Source: Gonapodya sp. JEL0774 (taxonomy: Eukaryota). From it: 64,000 nt of DNA. Below are positions 40,498 through 53,805 of the stretch, piece after piece. Every line of letters begins with the position of its first letter. Within the stretch, counting starts at the first letter, position 1. A program made the translations under genes and the position numbers. The notes under the pieces were generated by a model. The model worked only from the letters and a program-made list of their open reading frames with translations. It made no database searches and was not told the DNA's origin. The stretch lies in assembly GCA_027604505.1 (NCBI GenBank), contig JADIIX010000004.1, positions 62,001 through 126,000 on the forward strand. The letters are read 5' to 3'.

Positions 40498-42422
40498 ATG
40501 TCCCGAATCGGGGCTCTGATTCGTAATCCTCTCACTCCAAAACTCGTTGCTGCTGCTGCTATCTCCCTGCAGACCTTGGGCTTGAGACAAGTTCTTGGTA
40601 TTTTCAATGGTACGGTTGATGGATATCGTGCGAACCTGTCGTACATGGCCCAAGATGTTCATTCCCAACCCGCTTTAGTGCCTATTCAAACTTCTCTTGG
40701 CTGGGGTCGATCAGTTTTCAGTCTGAATGTTGCACTCCTAATGCTCTCGTGGGGATTCTCTGGGCCCTTCTTCTCGATCGCACAGGAGAAGAACGGAGCA
40801 GGCAAAGTGTTGTTGTTCGGAGGGGTCTCGTTCATCCTTGGGTTTGTCTGCTACGCCTTGGCAGGACAAATTGGGAAGCAAGGCTTCCCTGCCACTGTGA
40901 GTCTATTATTAACGCTTTTGTGGAGTTTCTGGGTCTCACCACCAATGCACGTCCTCGTATAAACATACACTGTGGGGAAATTTACTGAACACTGGACCGT
41001 CAAAGGGTGTTTTCCTTGGCCTCGGAACGGGCGCAGCAGGTGTCGCTGTCATTTTGGCAGAAGTGGGAAGGTACTTTGTGGTCGACGAGCCATTGGAAGG
41101 GGAGTCAGACACCGAGTACTTGGAGAGAAAACGTGAGGCAGCGTCGCAGCGTGTGGTTGCGATGGCCATCGTCTCTAGTATCGGTCAAGCTGGACAATTT
41201 ATTTACGCCCCCGTGGGTCGATGGATAATTGCGACGTGGGGGTACGAAGCGTGTGCTTGGTTCTTTGTGAGTCCGTTTATTTGCACTTCGGATCGCACAA
41301 AGCCAAGCTTCACTTGTTCCTTCTGTCCACGTGCACACAGGCTGCCTCATCACTCATCATGATTCCGTGCGCGTGGGTTCTGCGTACTCAACTTGTCTCA
41401 CAAACGAGTTCAGCAGAGCCCTTGGCCGCACAAATGGAGTCGGCAAAGGACAGCCCCGCTCTAGCAGCAGCGAACAAACCCTCTATCATTCGCAATAATA
41501 CGAAAGAGAGTGCGGAACCCAAATCACTCACTGTAGTTGTTTTGATAGCTCTTAAAGACCCCACGTTCTTGCTGGTGTCGTCCGCGTACTGTGTGTGTGG
41601 CTTCCACATTGGATTCATTGGATCTCAGTGAGCATGCAATGGATAGTACCAAGGAGGTTGATATGCTGATTGTTCTTTTGTTCAGAATTCCTGCTTATCT
41701 TCAAGATAAAGGTGTGAGCGGCTCGGACGCAGCTTGGAGCATTTCAGTCATTGGTGAGCCACTTTATTCATTAGGCAGCAAAACATGGAGGGTCCCAGTT
41801 CATCGTTTACTAAACAGGTATTGGCAGTACCATTGGTGCTCTTGTAGTAGGGTGAGTGGCATTATTTTGTGCTCTGACGCCTCGACGCACTTTCCGTGTT
41901 TACTGTCCGCTTTGGGCAGTTTCATTCCCCGCTGGTTTCCCTACTTCACCCTTCGACGTACGCTCGCGGTCATCTATTACCTGCGAGCGGTCTCCATCGG
42001 TGCATTCCTCGTGATACCTGTGACTGTTGCCGGAGCGATGGCTTTCAGTTTCATCATTGGCACGCTCTGGCTGACGACTGTTCCCCTGACGACCGGGGTC
42101 ATCGCTAATCGACATGGTACAAAGTACATGGGGACTTTGTCCGCAATTTCGTTGGTTGGACACCAGGTTTTCGCTTTCATGGGAACGTATTTGGGTGGAA
42201 TTGAATACGATCTCACTGGAAGGTGAATAATCTGTATGTGTTGGGATGCGTAAACGTTGTTTTTCTTACAGTAGCTGAGTCTTCTATAGCTACAGCGTCA
42301 TGTGGTGGTTATCTTGCGGACTGGCGGTGGTCGCAGGGTGCTTGGTAATGATGAGCGCCGAGGAGATTGGTGCACAGGAGAAAATGACACGGAAAAACAT
42401 CGTGGAAATAACAAAAGATTGA
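40498..42422 (+). CDS. Major facilitator superfamily transporter (MCT/OFA-like, bacterial-type)
   Basis: LGLRQVLGIF...SLGWGRSVFSL, VCGFHIGFIGS...PAYLQDKG, LWLTTVPLTTG and HQVFAFMGTYLGGIEYDLTG|SY. Confidence 0.9.
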
Positions 42423-42698
42423 AAGTGCCTTTGCTTTATATATAATGTACAAATGGACTCAATGAAGATAGTTGTATTACGTAACGTAGAAATGAAATGA
42501 CGGGAGAAATTTATCTTAATTAACATGATATGGCTTCCATTTAATTCACCAGTTTACACGACAAATCTGTAGGTGGGCAAATTGAACTCACGGTCTGCAT
42601 TGTGGGAATGGTTGGAGTGTTTGAGGAAGGTTCACCCGTCCCACCATAACCTACATCTTGACCTCAACGCGCGTGTGTCCACGACCAGTCGTCCGTCG

Positions 42699-45600
42699 AT
42701 GACTGCTTCCCACTGTCCCATACCCGCATTCCCACAAACACGCGCATCGAAGAACCCAACTCACTCTTCGAGACAGCAAATCCCTCCTATGCCAACCCCC
42801 ATTCCAACCTCCCATTATACTTCCCGTCCCCTTGTCACTCCTTTCTCAAATGACCAAGTCAATGAAATCGTTGCTGCAATTGAACGGGCCCTCGCTGACG
42901 TCGCTCGCGCTGTCGATGCCCTCCCCGCCGCCGCTCCATCACCATCAAATGACAATGCTGTCACCGACGCCGCGAACAGGCTGGCCCAAGCAATGAGGCA
43001 GGCGAGAAATGCGGCAGTAGGAAGTGGAAGGAGGAAGGATGCGTTGGTTGAGGTTGGGGTGGTCGAGCGATGGTGAGTGGTCGTTGAGACTGAGGGAAGA
43101 GTCACGAGCATGGGAACATCCCAACATACAGAAAATGAGCCGTTGACCGAAGCTGGACGGCGAGACCGTGAAACATGTAACCTTAATCACGGGGGAATTT
43201 TGTGCAGCAGTTATTTGCACAAATTATCCATCTGCAGTGATAGCGAGTGCACGCACTTGACCGTCGAGTGACGGCAGGACTACTAGAAACGCCAGTGCAA
43301 GCGAGTTTTTGTTCTCATGCCTATGCTTAAGCTCTCTTGGTGTCAGCTGTACGCCAAAACAAAATCTTGAACTGATCGTTCTGATCGCTACACCTCAGCC
43401 TCCTCCCAACCCTCAACCTCCTTCATCGCCTACCTGCCAAACCCTTCTCCGACTCTATCACTGCCACTCTCACCGTGCTATGTTCCCTCGCACTCCATGC
43501 CGGTTCATACCCCTTCCCTGACTGGGAACTGGACTCCGCTGTTCTCCTCCCGACAGTGTTCAACTTCCTCACAGACCGTCAGGACGCAAAAACTGTGGAC
43601 GCTGCACTCCGTGCTGCACGTGCGCTTCTCAATGCCCACGCTGCTCTCCCACACCCCACCACCACGGATGCTGTGAATCCAAATCTCTCCATTTCGCCGC
43701 AAACAACCCAGTTTCTTCTCTCTCTCCTTGCCCCCCAGAACCCCACCTCCTTGCCTTCTTCATCACGCCTCCCCTCACTTGCCTCTCTTCTGCTCGCTTC
43801 CCTCGCCCGGACATCTCTGGTGGACTCAAATCAGTCTACCCAGGCTACTGTATACTCCCTCTCCTGTCTGGAGTCCACTTTAGGCGCAAAACCCGCCTCC
43901 CAACTTGATCGTGATGCAGCAGCTGCGCTCGAATGTGTCGCGGCGATGCTGGGTGGCAGGTGGGGCGTGCTTGTTGGGAGGCAGATCCTTGAGTGGCGAG
44001 GAAAAGGTCCACAGGGACAAAGGAACGTTGAGAGTAGTGGGCGGGTGGGAGAATATGGGAGCTTAGATGTTGTGACGGCCAAAGTGAAAGAGGGAGGGAA
44101 GGAAACGAGGGTGTGGGGATGTGAAGTGTGAGTATCGGTATCTCATGCGGGAGTGGGCCAAGGCGCAACATTGAGGGTTTGGAATAGTGTGAACACTATG
44201 TGGTGTGGCCACTCCAGGATGCGAGCCCCAGAATATGCATTTTTAGTGGAAGGACAATGTCATTAACTTCAGCAAGGTGTGGCTCCGCTGGCCGAAGAAA
44301 GTGGTAGAAGGGGATATTATCTCCCTTGAGTCATTTCTGCTTGCTTGATCCTATCCTTGTTTCGCTGATGTGGTGGCATTCTCTTTTGTATATGTATTAG
44401 CCTCACATTTCTCCCTCACCATCCGGCTCTACATTCTCATCTCTCTTGGCTTGTGCTACCAGCTCTTCTTAAACTTATCGCGGAAACCCCCGCAACCGTG
44501 CCGCCCCTCACGCCTCCTCTTCCCGCCTGGCACCTCGATACCTCCACCCCTCCCACGCGCACACCCAGCACTCCACCGTATGACGCCTCCACTATATCCT
44601 TACTGTCCACCGTACTTGTCGCTCTGTCGCGCCTATCATCCCGATCCGCAGAGCTCGCGGACCGCGCATCGGACGCAAGGACCGCAGACTCGTTGGCTGG
44701 CTTGGTACGGAGCTTGGCGAAGCAGCTTGGACTCACCCCCGACAACGTGCAATCCAAAGCTGTGCCGACTGGCTCCACTTCCCCTACCAGCGCGGTATCG
44801 GGAACTGCCCAAAATCTGGACGCCCCTCGAGGCCCCCACCCAGGCCTTGCTCTTCTCGCCGCCGCGTTGGCAGCTCTTGCGTCTGCAACGGCGCTGTCGG
44901 AGACATCTCGATCGATGGCTGTTTCGTCGTCTCCGTCGTTAGTACCCCTCCTTACGTTCCTCGTTTCTGCAAAGGACACTCCTATACTTCATATCCTCGA
45001 TCCTCGTACTCCAACACTCCATAATCCTTCGGCCCGCGTGTCTGCATGCGCGACGCTCAGATCACTCTCGCGCTCTCCTAGACTGCTCCGCACGAACCTT
45101 GCTGACGCCCACCTCGGTGCCGTCGTAGCCGCCGTGGTCGAGGAGGAGGTGGGAAAGTGCAGTGGAGGTGTGCTGGGAGTCCCTGGCTCGGAATTCAAGG
45201 GATCCAGTGGTATGTGCGAAGAATTAGTGAGGGAAGCCGTTGCAGCCATGTGCAATGTTGTTATGGAGGGGAAGGAAGGGGGCAAGAAGGTAAGTTCACG
45301 GGAACAATTGGTTTCTCAATGACCGTTCTTGGTTATGAGTACAATGAGGGATCGGTCAACGCTATATCTCATAGTTGTTTTCAAACTGTCAGGTTTATTT
45401 GAATCCACCCAATCCATTGCCTCACCTTGTCACCCTCACCCACCACGCGAATCCGCATCTCAGATTGAACGCTCTTTGGTGCATCAAGAACCTGCTCTTC
45501 GGTGCCGAAGGTGGGAGTCAGTACGGATGTGCACTCTACGTCTATGTTCTCAACTCGTTCGAACAATTGTCGTGTCAGGAGAAGTCAAGAGGATGGTTAT

Positions 45601-46775
45601 CTCATCTGGCGCTATAAATTCGAATTCTAGTCTGAGCTGGGACACAGTCATTGGGCTTTGTGGCGGAATGGATCCGGACTCAGACTTAGATTCAGGCGTC
45701 GCATGCGAGGAAGGTGGGCCAGGGTGGAGGGAAGAGTGGAGGGAGCCAGAGTTTGCCGTCAGGGAACAAGCAATGTGTGCTCTGAGGAACATGGTGGTTG
45801 GGAGGGAAGAGGTACGTACAATGGAGCAGGAGTCTCTAAAGTGAACGCTTTTTATCGAAATCCGATACTATAATCGAGCAGGACATTGAGTATCTCTTTA
45901 TGGGTTTTGGAGAGTCTCGTTTGGTGACGTTTCTGGAAAATCATTTGCAATGGTGCGTGAGAGAATGCATGTTTGCTACGGAAGGAGGAGGAGACGTGTC
46001 CAAGATGGAAACCGATGGGGAAAGCCAGGGACTCGGTGTCGACGTTAGAGATGACATTGCGCTGCAGGTTTGTGATCACCAAGAGTTTATGAACGGACCC
46101 GAGGGATCTTGTGAATGACAGTCGCTTCGAAAGGTTCTGTATCTTGTCGTAAATATAGCTATCGGCACGGAGCGTCACAAGGGTGCTATTTTGGGAAGTA
46201 AAGTGCTGGTCGAGTCTGTGAAGAAGTTTATGGTGAGCCAGGGTGATTTTCCCAATATTAACCATCCCTCTGAAAGACCACTCCAATCTACTCCGAAGAC
46301 GCACCCTTCCGGATCCCTCCGCACCGCTGCGTGCTGGGTCTCTATTAATCTTACATGGCCTGATGATCCAGGAACTCCTCACCGCCTGTCAGTTCTCCGC
46401 GATGCGGGATACCCTGAACTCCTCGAGCACATCCTGGAGGATCCCGATGTGGAAGTGCGGGCCAAGGCGCGTACGGCGTTAGGTGCATTCAGTGGGACGG
46501 GACAAAATTCCGGGAGAAGGTGGAGCGAAGGGGGTTGGGGAGAGAGGGAAAGGGAGAGAGAGAGCACTGCGCATGTCCGACAAGGTGAGGGCGGAGCGGG
46601 CAGACCTGCACCGACCTTAGGTGCAAGATATGGCGCAGTATGGGGCAGAACGGGAGCGGCATCGACTGTACAGGCAGAGGCGGTAGTTTTTGGAACACTG
46701 GGAGATGAAGGCACAGTTGACAGTTTGATCCAAACAGGTGACCAGAATTTGCGGGGACCAGAAGGACAAGGATAG
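42699..46775 (+). CDS. ARMC8: Armadillo repeat protein ARMC8/Vid28 (GID/CTLH complex)
   Basis: RNAAVGSGRRKDALVEVGVVE, ACATLRSLSRSPRLLRTNL, LRLNALWCIKNL, VREQAMCALRN and LRTAACWVSINLTW...VRAKARTAL. The start codon is uncertain. Confidence 0.8.
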
Positions 46776-46967
46776 AGCGTGTCACAAGCAGGGCGATTGC
46801 ATGCATAGACTTTTTCGGATGGATAGCCAGAGTATAATTGTATTTTCTGGATGGCACATCGCAGTGATTACTCTTTTCAAGGCCGTGAAGCACAGCAATT
46901 TCTTTGATCTCCCAGTAAGGTGGTGCTTTGAGAATGCAGTTGAAGCAAATCCGGGTTCATAAGACCA

Positions 46968-49674
46968 TCAACCCAGTGTTCTCCACAAGTATTCGATACC
47001 CGTCCATTTCCTAATCAGAGTTTGAAGATCTGGCGGTGAGTACGGCGGAGCCTGCACAACCGGTGGTGAAGGTAAGCAATCAGACACCGCAACTGATTTC
47101 GTTTCCTGTGAAGAAGTGCTCTCTGTAATCGACAGAGCAGGGGAAAACGGTCTCGAAAGAGCGATCTCAGTTGGCAGATTGTTATGTGCAGACACCTGCT
47201 CCTGTGGCACGTTCTCGACGGCAGCAGAAAGTGACTCTGCTTGGTCAACTTCGTTATCGTTGTGGTTGAAGGTTGACGATTCTCCATCATCGTCTGGTTG
47301 AACGGAGGCTCGACTACTCCGGGAATCTCCTTCTCCTTCCAGATCCCTTCTCCTCGATTTCCTTCGAATACTTGCTCTCTTCACTAGTTCTGGCTGTGAA
47401 GGTGAACGTGAGAGTACCGAGTCATGAACAATGAACCGCCGTTGAAGTCGTTCAGAGATGATACGAGAAGGCAACTGTATGGGGTTGTGCGATGCATTTT
47501 GATTCCTGACACGACGCTTTTCCTCCCATCTTTCCTCAAAACGGTCGACTTCGTCAACGGGTAAATCGTAGCGTAGCTCCCACGTCTGTCGCGAGGCGGA
47601 CCCCAAAATGATGTCGGTTTACTTTCTGCTAACTTGTCAGAGCAAAACCTGCTTTGTCTCACATCATCAAAGAGATCTCCGGTAGTAGAATCCCGCCATG
47701 TCACGCAAAAGAACTCCCCCTTCCGCTTCTTGATTTTCGCAAGTGTGCGCTGGGACCAAATGTCGTCGAATTCATCACGTGCACCATCCGGAAGGTTCTC
47801 CGGTGGTTCCCACGTCTCATTCATTGTCGAACGGAGAGGAGAGTGAGTTGTAGGTGTTCACAGTGGAGAACAAAGGATATCTCCAAGCTCAAACTTACAT
47901 CGTCGTACGGGTCTTTTCCCGGTTGATCCTCCCATTTGATCTTGTACTTTTTAGATTTGGAGCCAGGCTTCTCATATCCGAACGCTTTGACGCGTTCAAA
48001 AACCCTAGCATAAAGTTGGGGGGTTCCAGAGGGGAAGGTTGTCGATGTAACCTTGAAGCCCACCATAAGTTCTCTTCTTCCATGCTTGTCTTTCAGGTAC
48101 GGTGTGCTTTGGTGTCTCTTGAGAGTGAATTGGTGAGAGTCACCGTTGGTTTGCGTAGTGACCGTTGTGATCTGTTGCTCATTTGTTTTCAACACTTTCA
48201 TATTAAGTGATCCAATTTGGAAGCATCAGACTTCTCAACCACCTACATACATGCACCGGTAACAACTCAAAAAGCTCAGCTCCGGAATGCGAATGTAAAT
48301 GCAGGTATTACATGTCGCAACAACAAAAGTCGTACCCAAAGATAAGAATTGACAGACTATAAATGCTACTCTCAAAAATATTGATGTGGATGCTGCTTTA
48401 ACTGCCGGACGCACGTCGATCCGAATACGGTGTCGTGACTCTTGCTCTACGTAGGCGAGCTCGACGGAGTAACTGGAGTGGAGGTTAGGGTGGGCTTGCG
48501 TTATTCCTCCATCTTTAGAACATTTTTTGCCTGTCACGCAAACAAGATCTGATCTCACTCACCACCCCTTCAAACTGTACAGAGACAAATGGTGGGGATG
48601 CGTCAGAAGAACTCGGCACCGTAGGCGACAGGGGTGATGATAATGGAGTGTTTTCGCGAGAGCGGTTCTCGGGCTCACCGTCTGGCGTAACGAAGGCTCG
48701 TGGACGTGGGATGACGCGGTTTAGTTCGAGAACACTCTGCTGCGAGCTCGATGTCCCTCTTGAGCGTTCAGCAAGGTTGTCTTGCTCGGACATGTTTATT
48801 TCGTATCCGTCGTCCACCTCGGATGTTGCGCGAAGAGAACTGTGCGCACCGGACGACCTTCTCCGTTGTGACGCGCGGTGAGGTAATGACGCAAGAGTGT
48901 CCGACGTCCCCATAGTCTGAGGTAGTCGCGATGATGAAGCGCCGATATTAGGTGATGGTGGGATCCGTTGTGGAAACCGCTCGAACTGGTTGAAAGGTGG
49001 TGACGATCCTGAGGAGAGTGCAGGTTCGCTGATACTTGATGACAGCTGCACATTGGTAGATTCAGGAAGATAATTAAATGAGTATTGTTGAAATGTGGAA
49101 GTTCGACCTGGAATGGACGAGCATAATAGCATGTAGGTGAAGGACAGTCTCACAAAGCAAGCGCAAGAACGAAAAGGAACACCATTGCAAACTCACTTCC
49201 ACCTCCACTCAATCGATATAAGTCGGATTCCGAGCGCAGAGTTCTTCCAAGCGGTATGGATCTTGAATCTCCGGTGGAGAACGCATCACGGGTGGATGGA
49301 AATTGTGATACGAGAAGTTGCGAGGAGGGGAGGCCTTGCGCGGTTGCGGTACCCCATGCGACGTTGCGGAACTCCTCAAAACGTCGGACGAGATACCGCA
49401 TGTGCGGATCCTGCGCCGCTGAGTTTGCGGACGTGTCCGAAAGACAAGACTGGAGTGTGAAGGGAACGGGATGAGGAGACGGTGGTGGCGAAAGTGGAGG
49501 ATGAGACAGAGATGCAGATAGTTTTCTGACAGGAGATGAAAGATTGCTCAAAGTTTTGTTCCAGGTGTGGTTCGGCGGAACGAGCTGTTTCGGCGTATGT
49601 TGTGGAGAAGGCCAAGAGCGAGAGCCTGATGCACCGATGGAATGATGGAGTGAAGACTGGCGGGAATCAATCAT
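46968..49674 (-). CDS. Hypothetical protein with tandem chromo-like domains; 5' structure uncertain
   Basis: Spliced YKIKWEDQPGKDPYDD|TWEPPENL and FCVTWRDSTTGDLFDD|TWELRYDL, flanked by low-complexity Ser-rich ORFs. Confidence 0.6.
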
Positions 49675-50051
49675 TCCGCAGCCAGAACTGCATCGGACGA
49701 TGTGTCAAATTCGATTTATTTCTGAATTTGGGTTGCGGCCTTTCGTGCTGTAGAGACTGAGGTTCCTAACAAGAGATCGCGATCACCATCTCCTTCGGAG
49801 ATTCTTTGACTTCGGACCCGCGAGCAAGAAAATGCTACAAAAAACAGCGACTCAAAGATTCTTTGACTTTTGAAAAAATTAACATATGTTATTAAATAAA
49901 TAAATACAACACGAAACTGAGAGAATTGCAAAGCAGCAGCTCTGAGATTTTTCTATGGGAGATTCGATGTGAGGAGTCACGACATGCACTGAACAACTAC
50001 CCAGATTGGTCAGCACGACTGCATTCCTTGTCTGATTGCCCAATTTTAACT

Positions 50052-52570
50052 CTAAATCTCTTCATCGTTTACTGTCAGCCGCTCCATGTCTTCCAAAAGC
50101 TCGTCAACTCGAATCTCCGGGAAATCCGGCTCGACTTCACTCTCCTCGTCCATTCCGTCATCCTCATCGACTGGGTCAGTATCTTGCATCGCGTCCGGGT
50201 CTGATCGCCGAGCCAGAGCTTGACGGTCTTGTGCTGATGCTTCAAGAAATTTGTTTTCCCCGTTCCGCGACGATGGAAAGAACGCATTAGACTCACGGAG
50301 GGAGCATAGGCAGAGAAAAACTTGCCCTTACCTTTGTAAAGATTCACCATACCACGGAGTTCTTCGTCCTCTTCAAGATCCCTCAAAAATAGTTCCAGGT
50401 CCTTATCCTTGTCCGCTCCACCTCTCTCCCTCTTGCCCCGTTCCTCCTCTTCCTCCTTTCCAAGATGCTTGATTTTCCAGTGCCGTGGCTGTGCCCGACG
50501 TCGTCTGTGCGGAAACGACTTTTTGACCAGAATTACATCGGGGAGCGAGAATTTCGACGAACGGGATTCCAAGTAAGAGGTAAGGGAGGGGTTGTTAAAA
50601 TTGGCATTTGTAAGGTCGTATCTGCACTCAGAAAACCGATAAACAAAAGACAAAATTAAGTACGTCAATAGTGCAGCTCAACCAATCAATGTAGCAGACC
50701 AACGAAGCACAACCCACCCCATTGCGTGATCCCCTGCATTTAAAAGGTTCCCTAAATGCGTTCGCGCCAAAAACGTCGTAGAAACGTCATTGGATCGGGA
50801 CACTTCTACGCTCGCCAAAGCGTTCTGAGCCAAGGTTTAACAAGCGAAAAAATGACGAGCATGTGATGACGTTAATGATCACAATGAATTTCCATCTTCA
50901 CAGTCACGAACCTTGCCATGCCTCGGACCGTCCAATTGAACATCAATGACATAAAACTCCACCAGTTGACCCGCATCCGCCAGAGGTACTACCGGACTCT
51001 CCCAGTACTGCTGATTCCTCAAATCGGCAACCTTGAGGGTATTGGGATCCACCAATTGAACCGAGTTCGAGATCTTGGACACAAGCACCAGAGGGCCCAT
51101 CATGCCCAACTGCCTCGAGAGCTTTGGCGGAAGACACACGAGGTCGTCTCGGCACAGCGGAACCAGCTCGACGGAGTAAGTGTACTTGAAGTTTGCGGTG
51201 GATTGGTGGATGTCGGAAGAAATGATGGTCTCCGACGATTTGGACCTATCACAGTGATGACGCATACGATGAGATGGCTAACTCGCTTATCGAACGTCAC
51301 GTTCCAAAACGCACCTTAGTGGTACAACTGCACTTAAGAAATCAACCATGCGAATCGCGTGTGTGCGCTGTCCATAGTAGAAATCGATACCATCCTTTGC
51401 TTCCTTGATATTCACTGTATCCTTGTGTGCGCCATTCTTCAGGATGACTTGTTCAAGCCAGAGGAAAGTTCGCTTGTGCGTGACCTGTATTTAGTATTAA
51501 TTTTGGACGAAACGACGCAAATGCACGGTAAGTCCGTGATCTCGATACCCGGACATTGTTGAGAGAAAGAAACCCGATGTCTAAAATACCTTTTGTCGAA
51601 CCTGTACGCACGCCCGCCAGGTATTCTTTGCGGCAACACGAACACAGTCATCGCATTGTTGATGTGAGACATAGAACTCTACTATGAAGGTTTGCTGCAA
51701 TATCGTTGAGGCAAGTGCCTATACGTACAGGGGTGGGTGGTCAAATGGACATGAACACAAGTCAACACAGGAGAAAAGTGCCAGACATGGCAAGCAGAAT
51801 GTATCTCCCGATACTAAGTGATGCTCAGATCCACTTGATGGTGGAGTGACCAATTCTTGCCAAACCTCGTTCTTGGGACTCCCCCACTTGAGTGCGTGAT
51901 GACTCGATTCCAACAACTTTGAGACCAATTCTATTCTAACTATCTGATTACAAGGGCAAAAGGCCACCCTTGGTCATGTGAAGCCGACCTCCGCCTGCCA
52001 GACGCTCACCTCTTTTTGGATTGTCAGCTTTACTTTCACCCTTCTCGAATGTGGTTCCGTCCAGACAAATCCCGCATCAACAAGTCGAACTTTCGAAAGT
52101 CCTCGTAGACGCTTGAGACAAACTGCCAGGAGCTCTCGTGATTCCAGCTCCGCGTTTACCCACATCGATGGAGGCTGGTGAAGTGAATCAGCAATAAGTG
52201 TCAGGTAGCAACTTTAACAAGAACTTTCCACAGAAAAATGCAAGCTACGCACCTGTAAATATCGTTCACAATCGCGGCAGTAGTTCAAGGTTGACGACTT
52301 TGGAATCCCCTCAGTGATATCCACCTCATTTCGCAGACAAGACGAGCACATGGCAGCCGGGTTTGGCGCGATAGCAACACCACAAACACAGCATAGACTG
52401 AAAAGAGTAGTTTCGAGGTGAATGTCGGTTGATGTGGTGGTAATATGAAGTTCGACACCAGCGCGAACGTTTTAACGGTGCCATTGAAGCCATGATCCTC
52501 AAACATACATCAGCTGCTCTGCGTGCATATGCGCATCCGTCGCAGGGTCCAGAGTATAAGCTTGGGCCAT
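50052..52570 (-). CDS. NMD3: 60S ribosomal export protein Nmd3
   Basis: CCVCG...MCSSCLRNEVDITEGIPK, ELESRELLAVCLKRLRGL...FVWTEPHSRRVKVK, YTYSVELVPLCRDDLVCLP and PDVILVKK, ending in an acidic tail. Confidence 0.97.
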
Positions 52571-53440
52571 GATTCGCAGAGAGAATATTTGCGAAGATTG
52601 TGTGGAGAGAAAAAGCACGTTGGCCACACGCACGCGCCAGGTGAAGAGTCTGGGTGGAGGCAAGTCATTTCTGGAAAGTCACCCTGACCTTCTGCCACCT
52701 GAAAATCGCCCAATTTCTCCTACATAAGTCGAAAAAAGGCGATTCCCGCAGGAGCGGACCCTTGGACGACGGTATGCATATGTCCTAACGACCCTACACA
52801 CATTTTGGGCAGTCAAGGAGCGATTCCACGACTCCCTTCACTCCAGCAACCATCGCAGTTCATCAACAATATGGCGGATGATTTGCCGCTGCCTTTTGGG
52901 GTGAATTATTCTTCTGAAATCAGAAATGCGGCTCACTGCTCTCTGCATTCCTAAAGTTCTTGGAGCTTGAAACTCATGCCATCATGAAAGTAATCGCTCA
53001 GAATCTGGAAGTACTATCTGTGGTGAGAAGCCTACACAGATACGGGGATGTACCAGCATGAGCTTGAGATATGTGTAAGTACCCTACTCTGTCCTTTTCC
53101 CTGAATCACCTGCTCTTTCTCTCTCTCTTTTTCTGCTCTTTTGGTTCTTCTCCTCTTTGCCCTTCCGAGTTGACCGCTTTGCTCTCGCCGCCTCTCCCAC
53201 TTCAATTTTATTCGCCTTCACGTCTTCCACTCCACAAATCCCATTTCCAGCTTGCAATCTCCAATCATTCCCCTATTCTATTCCCTTCCTCCTCCCCTCT
53301 CTCTTTTCTCGTCTTCATCATCATTTTACTCTCTCTGCCATCGCCCATGTCCCGCTTGTCCTTTCACCCCAAACCGGCAGGGAGAAGGACGGAGTCGGCC
53401 CGAGCTGCGACACGCACAGGAGTGGCTACAGTGGGAATAG

Positions 53441-53529
53441 TGTTGAAATTCAATGATGGTAAATGGTCACGATGCGAGCAATGGGGATTCGATGTTGAGT
53501 CCAGAATCTCGGCGTTTTGAATAAACGGC
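53441..53529 (+). repeat. 89-bp dispersed repeat, copy 2
   Basis: Matches 38400-38488. Confidence 0.9.
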
Positions 53530-53805
53530 ACGGGCAAAGTGCAAGCAAGACATCAGAAAGTATCTTCCTAGCACTCGTACAGCTCTGCCGCACCAGTGGT
53601 CTGCATCGTCCAAAGCAGGAGTTTGGTCACTGTTAGTTAGTTTTGCGTTCGCCGCTTTCACAGTAGCGCAGGTGTTTCATGACGTCGGATCACAGAGTCT
53701 TCTCAACACAAAATACGGTCTTGTTCAAACCGCTCTACAGCTTCAATATATATATAGTGCATACTCATGTGGTCTATTACTACGAAAACGGTAGAGAACA
53801 GGAGA

